A stretch of 63,160 nucleotides of DNA, counting the filler, from Lenisia limosa (taxonomy: Eukaryota > Protista > Breviatea), in NCBI GenBank assembly GCA_001655205.1. It is 17 parts of 17 records of this genome, joined end to end, with 100 filler letters (N's around TTAATTAATTAA, not from the genome) between each part and the next. Parts side by side here need not be neighbours in the genome. Positions count along the whole stretch, not along the records: positions 9,762 to 16,199 come from LPNZ01003706.1; positions 16,300 to 17,769 come from LPNZ01011160.1; positions 17,870 to 22,044 come from LPNZ01003019.1; positions 22,145 to 25,787 come from LPNZ01003474.1; positions 25,888 to 27,211 come from LPNZ01002605.1; 12 more parts are not named here. The stretch is one strand, 5' to 3'. Below are positions 13,435 to 26,343 of this stretch, piece after piece (the first letter of the stretch is position 1; each line of letters begins with the position of its first letter). The notes under the pieces are model-generated. The model saw nothing but the letters and a program-made list of their open reading frames with translations. It searched no databases and was not told where the DNA came from. The position numbers were made by a program, and so were the translations under genes.

Positions 13435-14817
13435 AGTGTTTCGCTATTCGGTCCCAAGCATTTCAGAGACAAGGTATTTCGGAGGCTGCTATATGGTATC
13501 GAATGAAAATATAAAAAAAATTAAGACAAATGTGTCAATTCATGTAGCATCAATCCTAAAAATAGTCTGAAATTATCATTAAATCCTCGATAACTTCTCA
13601 TTAAATCCTCAATAAATCCTCCATAACTTTCTCGAGAAATGTCACGGGAGTGAAGCCTTGTAAAAATGAAGTGTACATGTTTGACAGAATGTGCTTCAAT
13701 GCTCTTCTACCTTCATTGACTATTCAGACTGACGACAACGAGACCGTTTGGGAGAAGGTTCTGGAGTTCAAGCGGCATTTTACCCATGAATTCAAATACA
13801 AACGTGAGCCTTGAATCAAGAGAGAATCTCAGCATTTATACATGATTTGGGATGGATTGGAATACGCCCGAATTGAAACCCTGTGCTTTCTCAGAGTAAG
13901 AGCTATACGGATACCCGTTGCCCCCCCCCCCCTAATTTGGATAATCATATTCCTCCTGCCTTCAACCAATTCACCTCACTTCGGTGAATTGGTTATTTCT
14001 ATCCAAATATACACCATAACGTATTAGTAGACCGCTTTGTCCATATAAACGTATTAGTGGACGACCTTGGTCAAATACCCCTTGATGTTTCATATTTCCC
14101 CATACTCGACTTCCTCTAACTCTGTAGTCAAGACCACCTGGGTAAGCTGATGGCTGATGTGCGTCTTTGCCGGATAACCCTCAAGTTTCTTGTAACAGTT
14201 TTTTTTTTGTTTTTTTTTTTTTTTNNNNNNNNNNNNNNNNNNNNNNNNNNNNNNNNNNNNNNNNNNNNNNNNNNNNNNNNNNNNNNNNNNNNNNNNNCAC
14301 GTCCCTTCTCCCTCGAGCCATGACCTGTACTTTTTTGTTGATCTACTTTTTTGATATATTCTCAACTGTTAGCCAAGCAAGAGGTGTTCTTCTGTGTTTC
14401 ATAAGTTTGCCTTTTTCCACATTAATTGATTTTGGGTCTTTTTTTGGTTTCTTTCTCACACATAGCCAACATAATCGATTTTGGGTCTTTTTTTTTGTTT
14501 CATAATTTTACCTTTTTCACCCCCCCCCCCCCNNNNNNNNNNNNNNNNNNNNNNNNNNNNNNNNNNNNNNNNNNNNCACATTGAGGGCTCCGAGTACAAG
14601 GGACAACAGGTTGGGGATGTGTTAGAAATGCAATTCCATTTGGTCTCAGTGATCGGATGTGGTGTGGTGCTGCAAGCGACTGGCCTTTGTTTTTTTTTTT
14701 TTTTNNNNNNNNNNNNNNNNNNNNNNNNNNNNNNNNNNNNNNNNNNNNNNNNNNNNNNNNNNNNNNNTACCCCCTCATTTCTGTAGTACGTGTTACACAA
14801 GGGACGCAGCTCAAAGG
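13435..14817 (+). CDS. Hypothetical protein, possibly with a CBM20-like beta-sandwich
   Basis: In-phase exons VFRYSVPSISETR and MCFNALLPSLTIQTDDNETVWEKVLEFKRHFTHEFKYK (W...EFKYK resembles the CBM20 end). Later exons HIEGSEYKGQQ and YVLHKGRSSK. N gaps prevent a full join. Confidence 0.4.
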
Positions 14818-15037
14818 TAGGTGTAGACTGTAAATGATATGGAAATAAGGTACCTATTAGGCTTGTAAGCCACGTTTCCAAGACTATTCTCCGATTTGTT
14901 ACAGATAAATCCGAAATATGTTCTTTGTCTACAACGTAAGAAAGCACTATTTTATTCTGAATATTGGGTGGTAAAGACAAGAGTGGTGGAATGACGTTTG
15001 TGTTGAAAGTCGCATTGTAGAATATATATACATATAG

Positions 15038-15175
15038 CAATGAAATAAAAAATAAGGATGTATCTGGCTGAAGCCGTCCACACCATCACGCATATAAGAG
15101 ATATTGGATTATAGTATCATAATAATTCACCCAATCATTTGCCTTACAACTCTGTGCACACAGCTTTCTGCGTAG
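15038..15175. repeat. Family B: ~150-bp unclassified interspersed repeat (reference copy)
   Basis: GCAATGAGAAATAAAAAATAAGG.TGTATCTGGCCGAAGCCGTCCACACCATCACGC...AATCATTTGCCTTACAACTCTGTG.ACACAGCTTTCTGCGTGCCTCCCCAGCATAC. Copies at 345-497, 5432-5575, 20418-20620, 20858-20950, 25888-26010, 35906-35985, 38661-38822, 47045-47255, 54268-54730 (interrupted) and 54805-54900. Confidence 0.9.
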
Positions 15176-16316
15176 CGTATTGTAGAATAGCAAGCCTTAA
15201 TTAGGGCTTCACTTCGGTTCAAAAAAAGACAAAATTTCTCAATAAATCCTTGAGAACTAGCGAATTTTTTTACCGGTTTTTTTTTGAACCGAAGTGAAGC
15301 CCAAGCCAGCTTTGTTTTGCGTTCTATTTTCTCAAGTTTCCTCATTACTTACACTTCAGATCAACGCAAACGAACACTGCATTTGTAAGAGGACGGTCAC
15401 ATTTATTTTTGGAATTGTCCCTGTAATGACAGTGGCTATGTCATATGTAGTATGTGTACAGTGATCGTAATAAGTCATGACCGATTTTCCTTGGGAAATC
15501 ACACAGCAAATCGGTCAAGACTTTTCCCAGCCATTGTATGATATAAAAATAAGCAGTGGTGTGGACGGCTAGACATCATAACTATTTCTCCTTTGCCGTG
15601 AGTTCATTCACATTCTCACAACTCCAGACCTATGTCTCACAGTGAATAAGAATTATCATTTGAAAGTGAGAGGTTGTGTCATTGTTTGTTTCTCTCTTTT
15701 GCTTTTCTCTTTCTCTCTTTCTCTTTCTCTCTTTCTCTTTCTTTCTTGTTTTCTTTTATTGCAATAGATGTTTTTTTGAGATGATGCTCTGCTTCAATAC
15801 AACTTCAATACAACTACCCCACCCCCCAGATACAGCAAATATGATATTATATGTACATCATCATATATGCTTGAGGTCCTAAACGATGTCTTTAATTCGA
15901 ATTATTGTCGTTATTCAATTTTCGGTGACTGTCTCTTTTTCATGTTACGGTCAACTTCACAACAATTTAACTCGTAAAAAAGGACATATGAGAAAAATGC
16001 GAGCGCATAAACTGAAAAAAATTGCGCGAGTGTGGCGCTAAAAAAATTAAATTTCCACGATAAAGTGCTGATCTTGCAACAAAATAATTGATAGGTTATA
16101 TTATTCTTGTTTTCCTTCATAAACAAATTAAGTGTGTAAATCTCAGAAATATATTACTGTTTTGAAGGGGAATAGCTGATTTGGCGACCGTAAATAATTN
16201 NNNNNNNNNNNNNNNNNNNNNNNNNNNNNNNNNNNNNNNNNNNTTAATTAATTAANNNNNNNNNNNNNNNNNNNNNNNNNNNNNNNNNNNNNNNNNNNNC
16301 CCCCCCCCCTCCCCAG

Positions 16317-17750
16317 TTCAAGGCAGACGGAGTGGTGATCCATGAGTTAGTTGCCGACACCAAAGAGGCCTTTGGCGATTGCGACGATGCCGTTTGGACA
16401 GCCTACTTAGAGCACGTTGACGGCTTTGTCCTTGGTGAGCTAAGGGCTAAGTGATTTTGCGGTGGGAATGGAACTGTTATGTAGACGTTTTCGTACTTGG
16501 TGATTTCATGTTTTTTTTTAAGAGCAAGAAATAAAATTAAACCGAGAACCGGAGCCGGAACCGGAACCGGAACCGGCGGGAGTGAAGCGTTAAATAATAT
16601 AAGGGCTCAGTGCAATTAATTTTTTGAGGATATTTATTGACAAAATTAGAAATTATAGTGTCAGAGTAGGGTTCTCGTTACAGTATGTTCCACGTCAGAT
16701 TTTGAAATTAATTTTACAATTAATTGCTCTGAGCCCTAATAATTTGCTCAGATCATTAATTCGATTTAATCTGATTTTTGGGTGTTTTGTTAGAACTGGA
16801 GAATAAGTCAATATCTCCGTTACGCCATATTCTTCATCGAAAATTCCATTGTTTTCCCGTTACGTCAATATTCTTCATTGAAATGTCCTTCGTATACAAG
16901 CATAGTTGATTGGGGCTTTTTGTTTTCATCAATTTTCCAATTTTAATCTTTTTCACCGAAATTTTCCAATTTTACTNNNNNNNNNNNNNNNNNNNNNNNN
17001 NNNNNNNNNNNNNNNNNNNNNNNNNNNNNNNNNNNNNNNNNNNNNNNNNNNNNNNNNNNNNNNNNNNNCCGACTGCATGGCTGGCGTGTTTAAGGAGGGA
17101 GACGAGCCGGAACCCCCACTTATCCAGGTGTGTTCGGTTGTAGTGGGGGTAAGCTTATCTACACCTTTCATATAGTATCTGACATTTGTTATCTCTGACA
17201 TTTGTTTTATCTCTGACATTTGTTATCTCTGACATTTGTTATCTCTGACATTTGTCATCTCTGACATTTCTTCTGACATTTCNNNNNNNNNNNNNNNNNN
17301 NNNNNNNNNNNNNNNNNNNNNNNNNNNNNNNNNNNNNNNNNNNNNNNNNNNNNNNNNNNNNNNNNNNNNNNNNNNNNNNNNNNNNNNNNNNNNNNNNNNN
17401 NNNNNNNNNNNNNNNNNNNNNNNNNNNNNNNNNNNNNNNNNNNNNNNNNNNNNNNNNNNNNNNNNNNNNNNNNNNNNNNNNNNNNNNNNNNNNNNNNNNN
17501 NNNNNNNNNNNNNNNNNNNNNNNNNNNNNNNNNNNNNNNNNNNNNNNGAGTGATGGGATGCAGTGCTGCAGAAGCGACTGGTCTGGGTTTGTTTTGTTGT
17601 TATCAATCCTCTTGCTGTTAGGCAGCAGAGTTTATTTTGGGCATTTTTTGTTGCCAATACATCCGCTGACGCTCCAGGTCTGGTAGCTACTCTGGAGAAC
17701 CTTATCACACAAGTTTTCAACCTCTCTGCTGTTCTCCCACGAATCTGCCC
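16317..17750 (+). CDS. Axonemal-type dynein heavy chain, tail (DHC_N1-region) fragment
   Basis: Exons 16317-16434 (FKADGVVIHELVADTKEAFGDCDDAVWTAYLEHVDGFVL), ~17069-17127 (DCMAGVFKEGDEPEPPLIQ) and 17678-17750 (GLVATLENLITQVFNLSAVLPRIC). These match, in order, the W..Y..YVD..V, PLF and LI.DIF..A.LIPRL segments of outer-arm DHC tails. Confidence 0.7.
17180..17282. repeat. Minisatellite, ~16-18 bp unit (TCTGACATTTGTTATC), running into an N gap
   Basis: At least 6 visible tandem units. Confidence 0.9.
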
Positions 17751-18044
17751 GTAAGCCCCTCTCCCTGCGNNNNNNNNNNNNNNNNNNNNNNNNNNNNNNN
17801 NNNNNNNNNNNNNTTAATTAATTAANNNNNNNNNNNNNNNNNNNNNNNNNNNNNNNNNNNNNNNNNNNNAAACACCGCATCCCACCACTTGGGGAGGTGG
17901 GGTAAAATGCAGGAAAGTGGAAGGGGTGAAAAGGGTGAATGGGGTTTTTTGAATGAAATAGAGGAAGGGGTGATGGGGTGATGGTACAAGAGTATTATAC
18001 CGTACAAAGAAATTTCCATTCTTTATCAAGCCGAAAGTTCTCAC

Positions 18045-20178
18045 CAAAGCAGCTCTTCGCCAGCCAGAAACATTCTTTTGCCGTCCTCAGTGAAACGAAG
18101 GCAGGAGAGTGAGGTTTTCAGCCTGATGCTGTCTAAAGAAACGTATCAGAGTGTTCAGCATTTGACAAGTTGCATATCATAGTATTAATATGATGTGTTG
18201 AAAACAATAGGAATGCGTCCGCGGGTATGATGTATGTGACATCTCTTTGTAATTCATTTTGTGGCTTTTGTCACATAAATTATTAGCTACCCATATGACA
18301 TTTACATATCATATTTTATATGATATATAATTACATAAAAGCACTGATATTATGCCATAATCATACTAAGACAGTCTTCTCACTTATCGGAGTAGTTCCT
18401 GTCCGAGGGTCAAACAGGTGTACGGTTCCGCCCATATCACAGGAGGCAAACATGTCGCTAGGATAACTGTTGCATAAGAAGGGATTCAGTGAATATTCTT
18501 GTCAGTCAAAAATACACCTGTACTTTCAGTTAGCCGATAAAAATATCGATATTTATCGTGCATTTTTGCACCTTCATTCTTTGGAAGAGAGACAATAAAT
18601 GAGAAGTCTGGCGAATACCTTCGCTCTGCATCCATTGAGACAGCATTTTTCAGAGGTTTTCGATACTCCGTCATCAATATTGCACAAGTCATTTCCACCC
18701 AAAATGAAGCCCAGGAAGATAGCAGACAACCCAAAGGCATAGAAACGCAGGAACATCCCAGGCGGTTTGCTTCAATTTTTTTTTGTGACATTTCAATGTA
18801 TTATGTTGTATCTGTAGATTTTTTTGCTATCACGCCGCCCACCCCCCTACTTTCTCCAGAAGTCCACCCTATGAACAGGTGTCCTGTGCCCCGTGTACTC
18901 TGTGGAATCTGGGGGAGGGGTGGAGTAAATTATTGTACATTAAGATGAAGAAAAGTTACATGTCACAAGTACAAAGTAAAGAAAGAACAAGAAAAGAAGC
19001 AGGGTGGGAGGGGCACAGGGTTATTCCAAAGTACAAAAGGCCAACTATTGCGGCATATAATGATGAACAAAAGTTAAGACTACTTAATAGGGCAAAACTA
19101 ATCCTATTTTGTTGACTAGATAAGGAAATTTTGGGATGTTATTAAGTGAAAGAAAAGCTGAATATGATATTATTTTGGCCGGCTGGTTTGTTTTATAATA
19201 CTGACACAACTAGTCCCCCTCTACCTCCTGTCTCAATGTTATGGGTAAAGACTCTCCCGTCCCTAGATTGTCAAAATACTGACATTTCATTTCACTTAAG
19301 TGAAATGTTTACTTATTGGATTCAATAAGAATTCAAAAGAACACCCCCCACAGTCCTGAACTTGCTACGAGGCTGTCGTTGTCATTAAAGCTAAGGCAAA
19401 ACACGTTGTTCTTGAATTATGAATTGTGGAAGTAAGGGAAACATGCATACATATTTAAAAAACATGCGCACAGAGTGATCATGGCAGTTTTGATCGATTC
19501 TGTACAAATATGGCTTTGTCGGTTATGCCTACTACTGCCATTCTATGATATCTTCAGTATAATGATTTCATATGTCAAAATAAGAAATGAAAAAAAGTAC
19601 TATCACATTTATATTTATCATAGTATTTAGAAATAGAAAGAACAAGAAGCCACTACCGCGTCCTGACATGCGTGTACATTTATATGAAAAACACCCCCCC
19701 CCCCACAGTATGTCCACGGAACTTCCTCAAAATCTTTGGTTNNNNNNNNNNNNNNNNNNNNNNNNNNNNNNNNNNNNNNNNNNNNNNNNNNNNNNNNNNN
19801 NNNNNNNNNNNNNNNNNNNNNNNNNNNNNNNNNNNTCGCCACCTGAGGAGAGTGAATGATGGTGTTTTCTGGCCATGGATACAGAGGTGAAGGTGGGGAA
19901 GACTTCCAGAAGTAATTTTCTTTTGGGAGGCGTAAGGGTAAGGTGGTTGTCCTAGCGAATTCGGCATCATGGAACAGGTATTGGTCTTTACATCAATATA
20001 ATATATGATATAGTATATAGAGTAATATATTTCTCACATGTACAAAGAGACCAAGGGGACGGACATATGTAGATAAAAAAAAAAATAGAGCGGGAACGAT
20101 ACGCAAGAAATTGTGGCGTACCTGACGCCAACTTCGACGCGCAATGAGAGATCTTGATAGCATTGACGCAACCCCCAT
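18045..20178 (-). CDS. WD40-repeat protein
   Basis: Phase-compatible exons 18851-18899, 18384-18466 and 18045-18132 give EYTGHRTPVHRVDFWRNYPSDMFASCDMGGTVHLFDPRTGTTPINSIRLKTSLSCLRFTEDGKRMFLAGEELLW. Upstream exons include FNDNDSLVASSG. Confidence 0.75.
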
Positions 20179-22156
20179 GATCTAGTGATCTGAATCACGT
20201 TAACGCAGGTATGTTACCCGATAGTCTGACTCGGATGTTGTCAACTTTCACGCCATTTCCGGTTACGAAAAGAAAAATGATGCCGAAATGCTATATAAAA
20301 CATTGAAAGTCAAACTGTGCTTTTGGACCAGATCAATATTGGTGACACGAAATAGAACGACTAACGCGGTTTCCTTATTCCTTGATCATCCCTCTTCATT
20401 TATATATGTAGCTATATGCAATGAGAAATAAAAAATAAGGCTGTATCTGGCCGAAGCCATCCACACTATCACGCTGAGAAGAGATATTGGATTATAATAT
20501 AGTATTAATTCACCCAATCAGCTTTCTGCGTGCCTCCCCAGCATACCTACACCCAGTTAGGTCCTCCTAAATCCGTCTTATGCTACAGATTCAGGAGTTG
20601 CCAGACACCTGCATGTACACTCTGCTAAATTTCCACACGCCATCCCCCCACTTTAATCCATCATCCCATACCCCCCTACAAATTCCGTACCCCCCTCCCA
20701 CTTTGAATAATGCAGGCCTTCCTTGAACCGAAGAAACGAGATTGAGTCTTCAACGTTATCCCTGAGGAGGGGCTGAGGGCGGGGTCAGAAGGGGCTGACT
20801 TGAGAAAGAGCTGAACCATAGTCCGCACTTATTCACTACATCATACTACATATGTATATGGATGAGAAGTAAAACAAGGCTGAACCTGGCCGACGCCGTC
20901 TACACCATCACGCTGAGAAGAGATATTGAAATATAGAAAAATATTAATTCTTGCCTTGTCCGCACTTATTCAATAAAATACATCAAAGTCCGCACTAATA
21001 AGGTGTCAGAGACAATGCTCGGCCTGGGGTATTTCAATCAGACAGCAGGAGAGTGGTAAGTCTTAACCCAATGTTCCGAAGCAACTTGATCCGTCATTCA
21101 AGATTTAACACAGTCACAGTCACATTTTACTCCTCACCGAATATTGAACACATAATACTAAAAAACAGGAAGAGAAGGTTGGCTTATATAACAGGCAACT
21201 GTATAAAAATGGGGCTAACGATGTAATTTGAATAATGTTGCCGAAAATTCCTATACTTACGTTATTCTGCCTCAGAAGAGAGAACATCGGCGAGTGTGCC
21301 TTGCCTCTGTGTGACTTCTGAGAAGAGAAAGTGCACTGCAAATCAATGAAACGTTCTTCTTGTCAATATTCAAAATTAAAATCAATATACAACAACAATA
21401 AATGTACTAACAAACAAGACCAGAGGCAGAGGGTTGCTTTTATCTTAATAAGTTACATTAGTTACATCACTTCAAAACAAGTTTGTGTTTTTTCCCCCAT
21501 TTTTTCCATTTCCCCCTTTTTGCTTCATTTCTCAACAAATCAAGCATAGTTGTTTTAACACTTCTTTCACAAGGTATTTTAGCAGACTTTGAGATTTACC
21601 AAGGGGCAAGCCCCTCTGGTATGTGATCCCTTCGCTTGCCAAGAAGATTTTCCTCATCAGCGTGTCCAGTATTGTTATAGGTCAGCTTAGTTCAAGATAG
21701 ATGAAGGACAAATGCTTTTTCTCCATCACCAATGTCTTCTTCTGCCGCTAAGAACTGGTGTTTGGAGCAATCAAGTTCATTGAATCTTTAAATCTCTTTT
21801 TTGTGGTCGTTTATCCCCCTTTGTGGTCCTTTCAAACCCCACACCCCTCGTGGAATGTATCTTCTCTGAACTATTAGTCTCACTCATCATTTTGTATTTT
21901 CATTTCCACACATGTGAATATTGGTTGGATTGTCCATACACTTCACCAGTACCGTATTGAACCAGCATATACACCCTTCTTGCACTTTTCTATCCCACAA
22001 TACCTCCTGGGTTTTGATTGTTTTGTTGTTATCAACCGTCGTGCNNNNNNNNNNNNNNNNNNNNNNNNNNNNNNNNNNNNNNNNNNNNTTAATTAATTAA
22101 NNNNNNNNNNNNNNNNNNNNNNNNNNNNNNNNNNNNNNNNNNNNGAGCTTACAAAC

Positions 22157-25100
22157 CTGGGGGACCGAAGAGTAGGATGCCTTTGGGGGGTGGTACGCCT
22201 GAGAGTAAGATATTGGGAGTATATACAGCCTCTATTGAAACTAGAGCTTCACTATTAGTTCCAAAAAAGACAGAATCCTCGATAAATCCTCGATAAGTAT
22301 CAACATTTTATGGTACCGTGATTGAAACTAGGATCATAAATCTGGTGAGTCAGTAAGGTCTCTTTAAAATTTAGGATCAAAGAATTAAAGATAGTGAGAT
22401 TATGACAAATGTTTTTTGTTGAGAGGCAGAATAAGATATTAATTAAAATCTAGGGAAACAAATCAATAGCCAAGTCTCTTGTGAAACAAGGGTCATAAAG
22501 ATAAAATCTCTATTGAAACAAGGGTCATAAAGAGTATAGTCTCAATTGAAACAAGGATCATAGAGTAAAGTCTCTTTTGAAACAAGGATCATAGAGTAAA
22601 GTCTCTTTTGAAACAAGGATCATAAAGAGTCAAGTCTCTTTTGAAACAAGGATCATAGAGATAAAGTCTCTTTTAAAACAAGGATCATTGAGATGGCGAG
22701 ATTATTGTAAAGCCTCAAGAAAACTATGAGTCCTCACCAAGAGCACAGAAAGTCTCGGGTTTCAACAGGGGTAATTCAATAGCGTTTCGGACCGTTTTGA
22801 GCTAAATCGTCACACTGTGTGGTAGTTTAGGTTTACCAACATTTCTCAACCCAAACCCCCTCTCTATCCAAAAAACTAACTTCAGATTTCTCAACCCCTC
22901 TCCCCAAGGTCTAATGGCCAACCAGATATTCGTTGGTCCACCTGCAATCTTCTGCAGTATATTAATTGATATGGAATGTTCCCCCAACAACTTTAAATNN
23001 NNNNNNNNNNNNNNNNNNNNNNNNNNNNNNNNNNNNNNNNNNNNNNNNNNNNNNNNNNNNATACCGTCCAAACCGACCTCATTGTCAAGCCCCCCGATAT
23101 CGGCGTAAGAAACAGCTGGCACCTATATGAGGTCAGCAAGAGGGAAGAAGGGGGGTAGATTTGGAAAATTTATGAAAAACAAAAAAACTGGACGGAGGGA
23201 AGGGGTAGAGAGATAAGTTTGAAAGAAAACAAACCCAAATCAAAATTGGGGTACAGAAGGACAGGAATTATGAAACAAAAAAAAAAAAACTCACAAAAAT
23301 GGTTTTTTACCCTATTGACCAAAAAGGTCAAGAAAGAGTGAAAGTTTAAAGCAGAGGAAGCTGTTTCGTACCTTTTGAGTGTCTTCTTTTTCCTCAGCCT
23401 TTTGTTTCAGCGACACGAGGGTTCTCGCAGTGATACGGAACACTTGTAGGAATCTGGAGGGTTTATTTGAGTAAAAGAAACCAAAAGACATTAGTTGGAG
23501 GAATCTCTGCTAATAATATGTTACAGTTAATATGAAATATGATATGGAATATAGTAGTAGTTATTATTTAGAGATGAAGAAATACAGGTCTTATAGTTAT
23601 AATATTTGATCCTACTTTCCCAGTTTTTTAGTCTGCACTTCAGCTTTGACGGTAATAGAAACCTCATGGCCGGACATAACCGTTGTGATACGCTGATTGT
23701 CGAGAACTAGGCGGCCAACTAGGGAGGTAAGTAAATTGGAAAATTTATGAAACAAAAAATAAAGCCCAAATCAACTCTGTTGGCTNNNNNNNNNNNNNNN
23801 NNNNNNNNNNNNNNNNNNNNNNNNNNNNNNNNNNNNNNNAGTTATTTCTGCGGCCCGCATTTCACCACTCCAGCGTACAAAGGAAATTCATGGGGGAGTG
23901 ATAAACACTGGGGTGGTGATTTGAGCTTCTCAACTCTCATACATATCCCCCACCGAGGTCGGCATGAAGAACTGAACTGACGAGGGGGCTGATCACAAGA
24001 TCGAGGCGTTTTGGCACTTCCACAACGCATTTGACGAGGTCAGTTACGGCGGCGCGGGACCAGAAGTCCTGATATGCGTGAGAAAACACGTTATAATGTA
24101 TGTTCAAAAGGGAGTCTAAATTTGTGTTGAAAAAGAGAAGACAAAAGGGGTTAAATTATGCATGTAAAGAAGCTAAAGTGTCAGATAAAAACAATGAAAA
24201 TACCGATTAAAATGAGAGACAATAAGGGATAACGTGTGATTAAAACTGTGAGAATACGGAATAAGAGATGACTCAGAAATCCTGACATATGCGTGCTTTT
24301 GGGAGAATTTGAGAGAAATGATGCGTAGCACTTAAAAATGATCATACTGAAAAGAAAAATTACGATAAAATGGAAAACATCGATAAGACTGAGTGAAAAT
24401 AAATGGTAAAATTCAAAATAAGGGTGCAGCTACTGCCAAAAAAATATAAATAAACACACAAAAAACAACGAACCTTGTCAATGGAAACAGTTTCGCCTTG
24501 GGTCCGGATATTCACTGGGCCTCTAGGCCACTGGACCGGTCTGAGCACCATATCAGGGACTTCGGAGTAATTGCGACTAATCTGGATGGATGGTGGAATT
24601 CCAGCAACTAAAATGTCAGTGTGGCCATATGATCCAAGTCGAAATGTTGAGCCATATCCACTAGGGATAAGATGATATGTCCGACTCCAAGTCGAAATGT
24701 TGCTTTGTGGTGGAAAGCTGCAGTACTAATATGTCCTATTGCTTTTAATGAGAAAATATCGATATACATGTATTTTGACAGTTAACCGATCTTTTTCGAA
24801 CCAAGCCCAACATATCAATTCAACTTTGATATCTTATCTTATGATGTTAAAGAATATTGCATAATTCTAAGAAATCATAAAATGATTTTATTCTATTATT
24901 ATACCCTTGTATAATATGCATATGTATATGTTTTTGTTTCACTAGACGTTATTTAAACCAATAGGTCCAAAAGATAAAGTACAATGTCCATGTCAGGACT
25001 TATCGCCGTGCCACACACCCATTGGCGGCAATTTCGAGTCCGCCCAGGTCGTGAAAACATTACATTCCGAAGGTTCCGGAACCCAGGGTGTACCCGGGTA

Positions 25101-25519
25101 CCTGAAGGGGTCAGCTCTACATACTTACTAAAATCGGAAGACCTCTTATCAATGTGTAATATTACAATTCTAAGAAAAAAAAAAAGTGAATACCACCTCC
25201 ACGATGATTAATAGAGGGTTTATCGAGGGTGTATCTACTCTACCCCCAGCATTATCATTCCGCCCCTACCACTCTCCAAAAAATTGACTTACACCGGCCT
25301 GGGCTTCGGTTCGAAAGAAACCAGGTAGAATATCGATAGTTTTCGAGGATTTATCGAGAAATTCCGTCTTTTTCGAACCAAAGTGAAACTCTACCTACAC
25401 CCCACCTCCTAACAACACACATCCCACCTCCAAGTCACAACTGTATCTCCGCCAGCAAGACTCAGGCCACGCATTGTACCAGGGTTGAGGAACAACCTGC
25501 CTGTGTCTTCAGCTCTTTC
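22157..25519 (-). CDS. CDC48-family AAA+ ATPase (AFG2/SPATA5-like), N-domain to first Walker A
   Basis: Exons encode ERAEDTGRLFLNPGTMRGLSLAGGDTVVTW (25428-25519), several N-domain exons, VPAVSYADIGGLDNE (~23078-23122), LKTVRNAIELPLLKPETFCALG (22737-22802) and VPPPKGILLFGPPG (22157-22197). Confidence 0.9.
22472..22688. repeat. Minisatellite, 7 x 31-33 bp (GTCTCTTTTGAAACAAGGATCATAGAGTAAA)
   Basis: Tandem units inside an AAA-ATPase intron. The unit resembles the dispersed motif ATTGAAACTAGGATCATAA (22321; reverse at ~9815 and ~12735). Confidence 0.9.
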
Positions 25520-25706
25520 CTATGGGGGGGAGGGGTAAAAGGAAAATTACTGAAACAAAAAGAGCCCAAAATCAATTCAGTTGGCACGAGGGTTGATAAC
25601 AACAAAACAAATAACGCCCAGGCCAGTCGCTTCTGATCACTCCGTGGTTCGAAGAAGAGGCTGTGGGAAGGGAATGGATAGCGGGTAAATTGAAGGGATG
25701 TTTGAT

Positions 25707-25787
25707 GAAGACTATTGGTTCAAGTATACTTCTCACCCCCTTCAGATTATTCGGTTCATGAGAAGTATACTTGAACCAATAGTCTTC
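25707..25787. repeat. Perfect 29-bp inverted repeat with a 23-bp loop at a contig end
   Basis: GAAGACTATTGGTTCAAGTATACTTCTCA (25707-25735) and its exact reverse complement (25759-25787). Confidence 0.95.
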
Positions 25788-26343
25788 NNNNNNNNNNNNN
25801 NNNNNNNNNNNNNNNNNNNNNNNNNNNNNNNTTAATTAATTAANNNNNNNNNNNNNNNNNNNNNNNNNNNNNNNNNNNNNNNNNNNNTGAGAAATAAAAA
25901 TAAGGTTGTATCCGGCCAAAGCCATCCACACCATCACGCTTATAAGAGATGATGGATTATAGTATTGAGTTATTGTATCCACTCAATCATTTGCCTTACA
26001 ACTCCGTGTACACAGCTTTTACTACGCGTATAATATACTATGTATACTGTTGTACGATAAAGAGTAATGCAGTCTAGCGTGATTGGTATTAAGCTCTCAG
26101 GATTCCCAACGGTCCCAAAAGAATACAAAATTTCTCGATAAATCCTAGATAAATATCAATAATTGACCGGTCTATTTCGACAGTTAGGAAGCCCTTGTTA
26201 TAAGAAAGCCCCCCCCCCCCAAGAGTTTGTTTCGTCACCTAAAAATGCCTAAAAACATGAAAATATATACTATGTAGCTATTTAAGTGAAAATACATGGG
26301 CTACTTTTTTTGCTTATCAAATTTGCCCAAATATGGCCCATAC

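Noticed and set aside
14840-15010. F-box-like peptide LLSLPPNIQNKIVLSYV on the minus strand
   Set aside because: It is antisense to a plus-strand gene, and plausible plus-strand exons occupy the same bases. There is no independent support.
22472-22688. CRISPR-like look: ~24-bp conserved core containing TTGAAAC, repeated 7 times
   Set aside because: The intervening parts are only 7-9 nt and similar to each other, the array lies in a eukaryotic intron, and there are no cas genes. It is a minisatellite.
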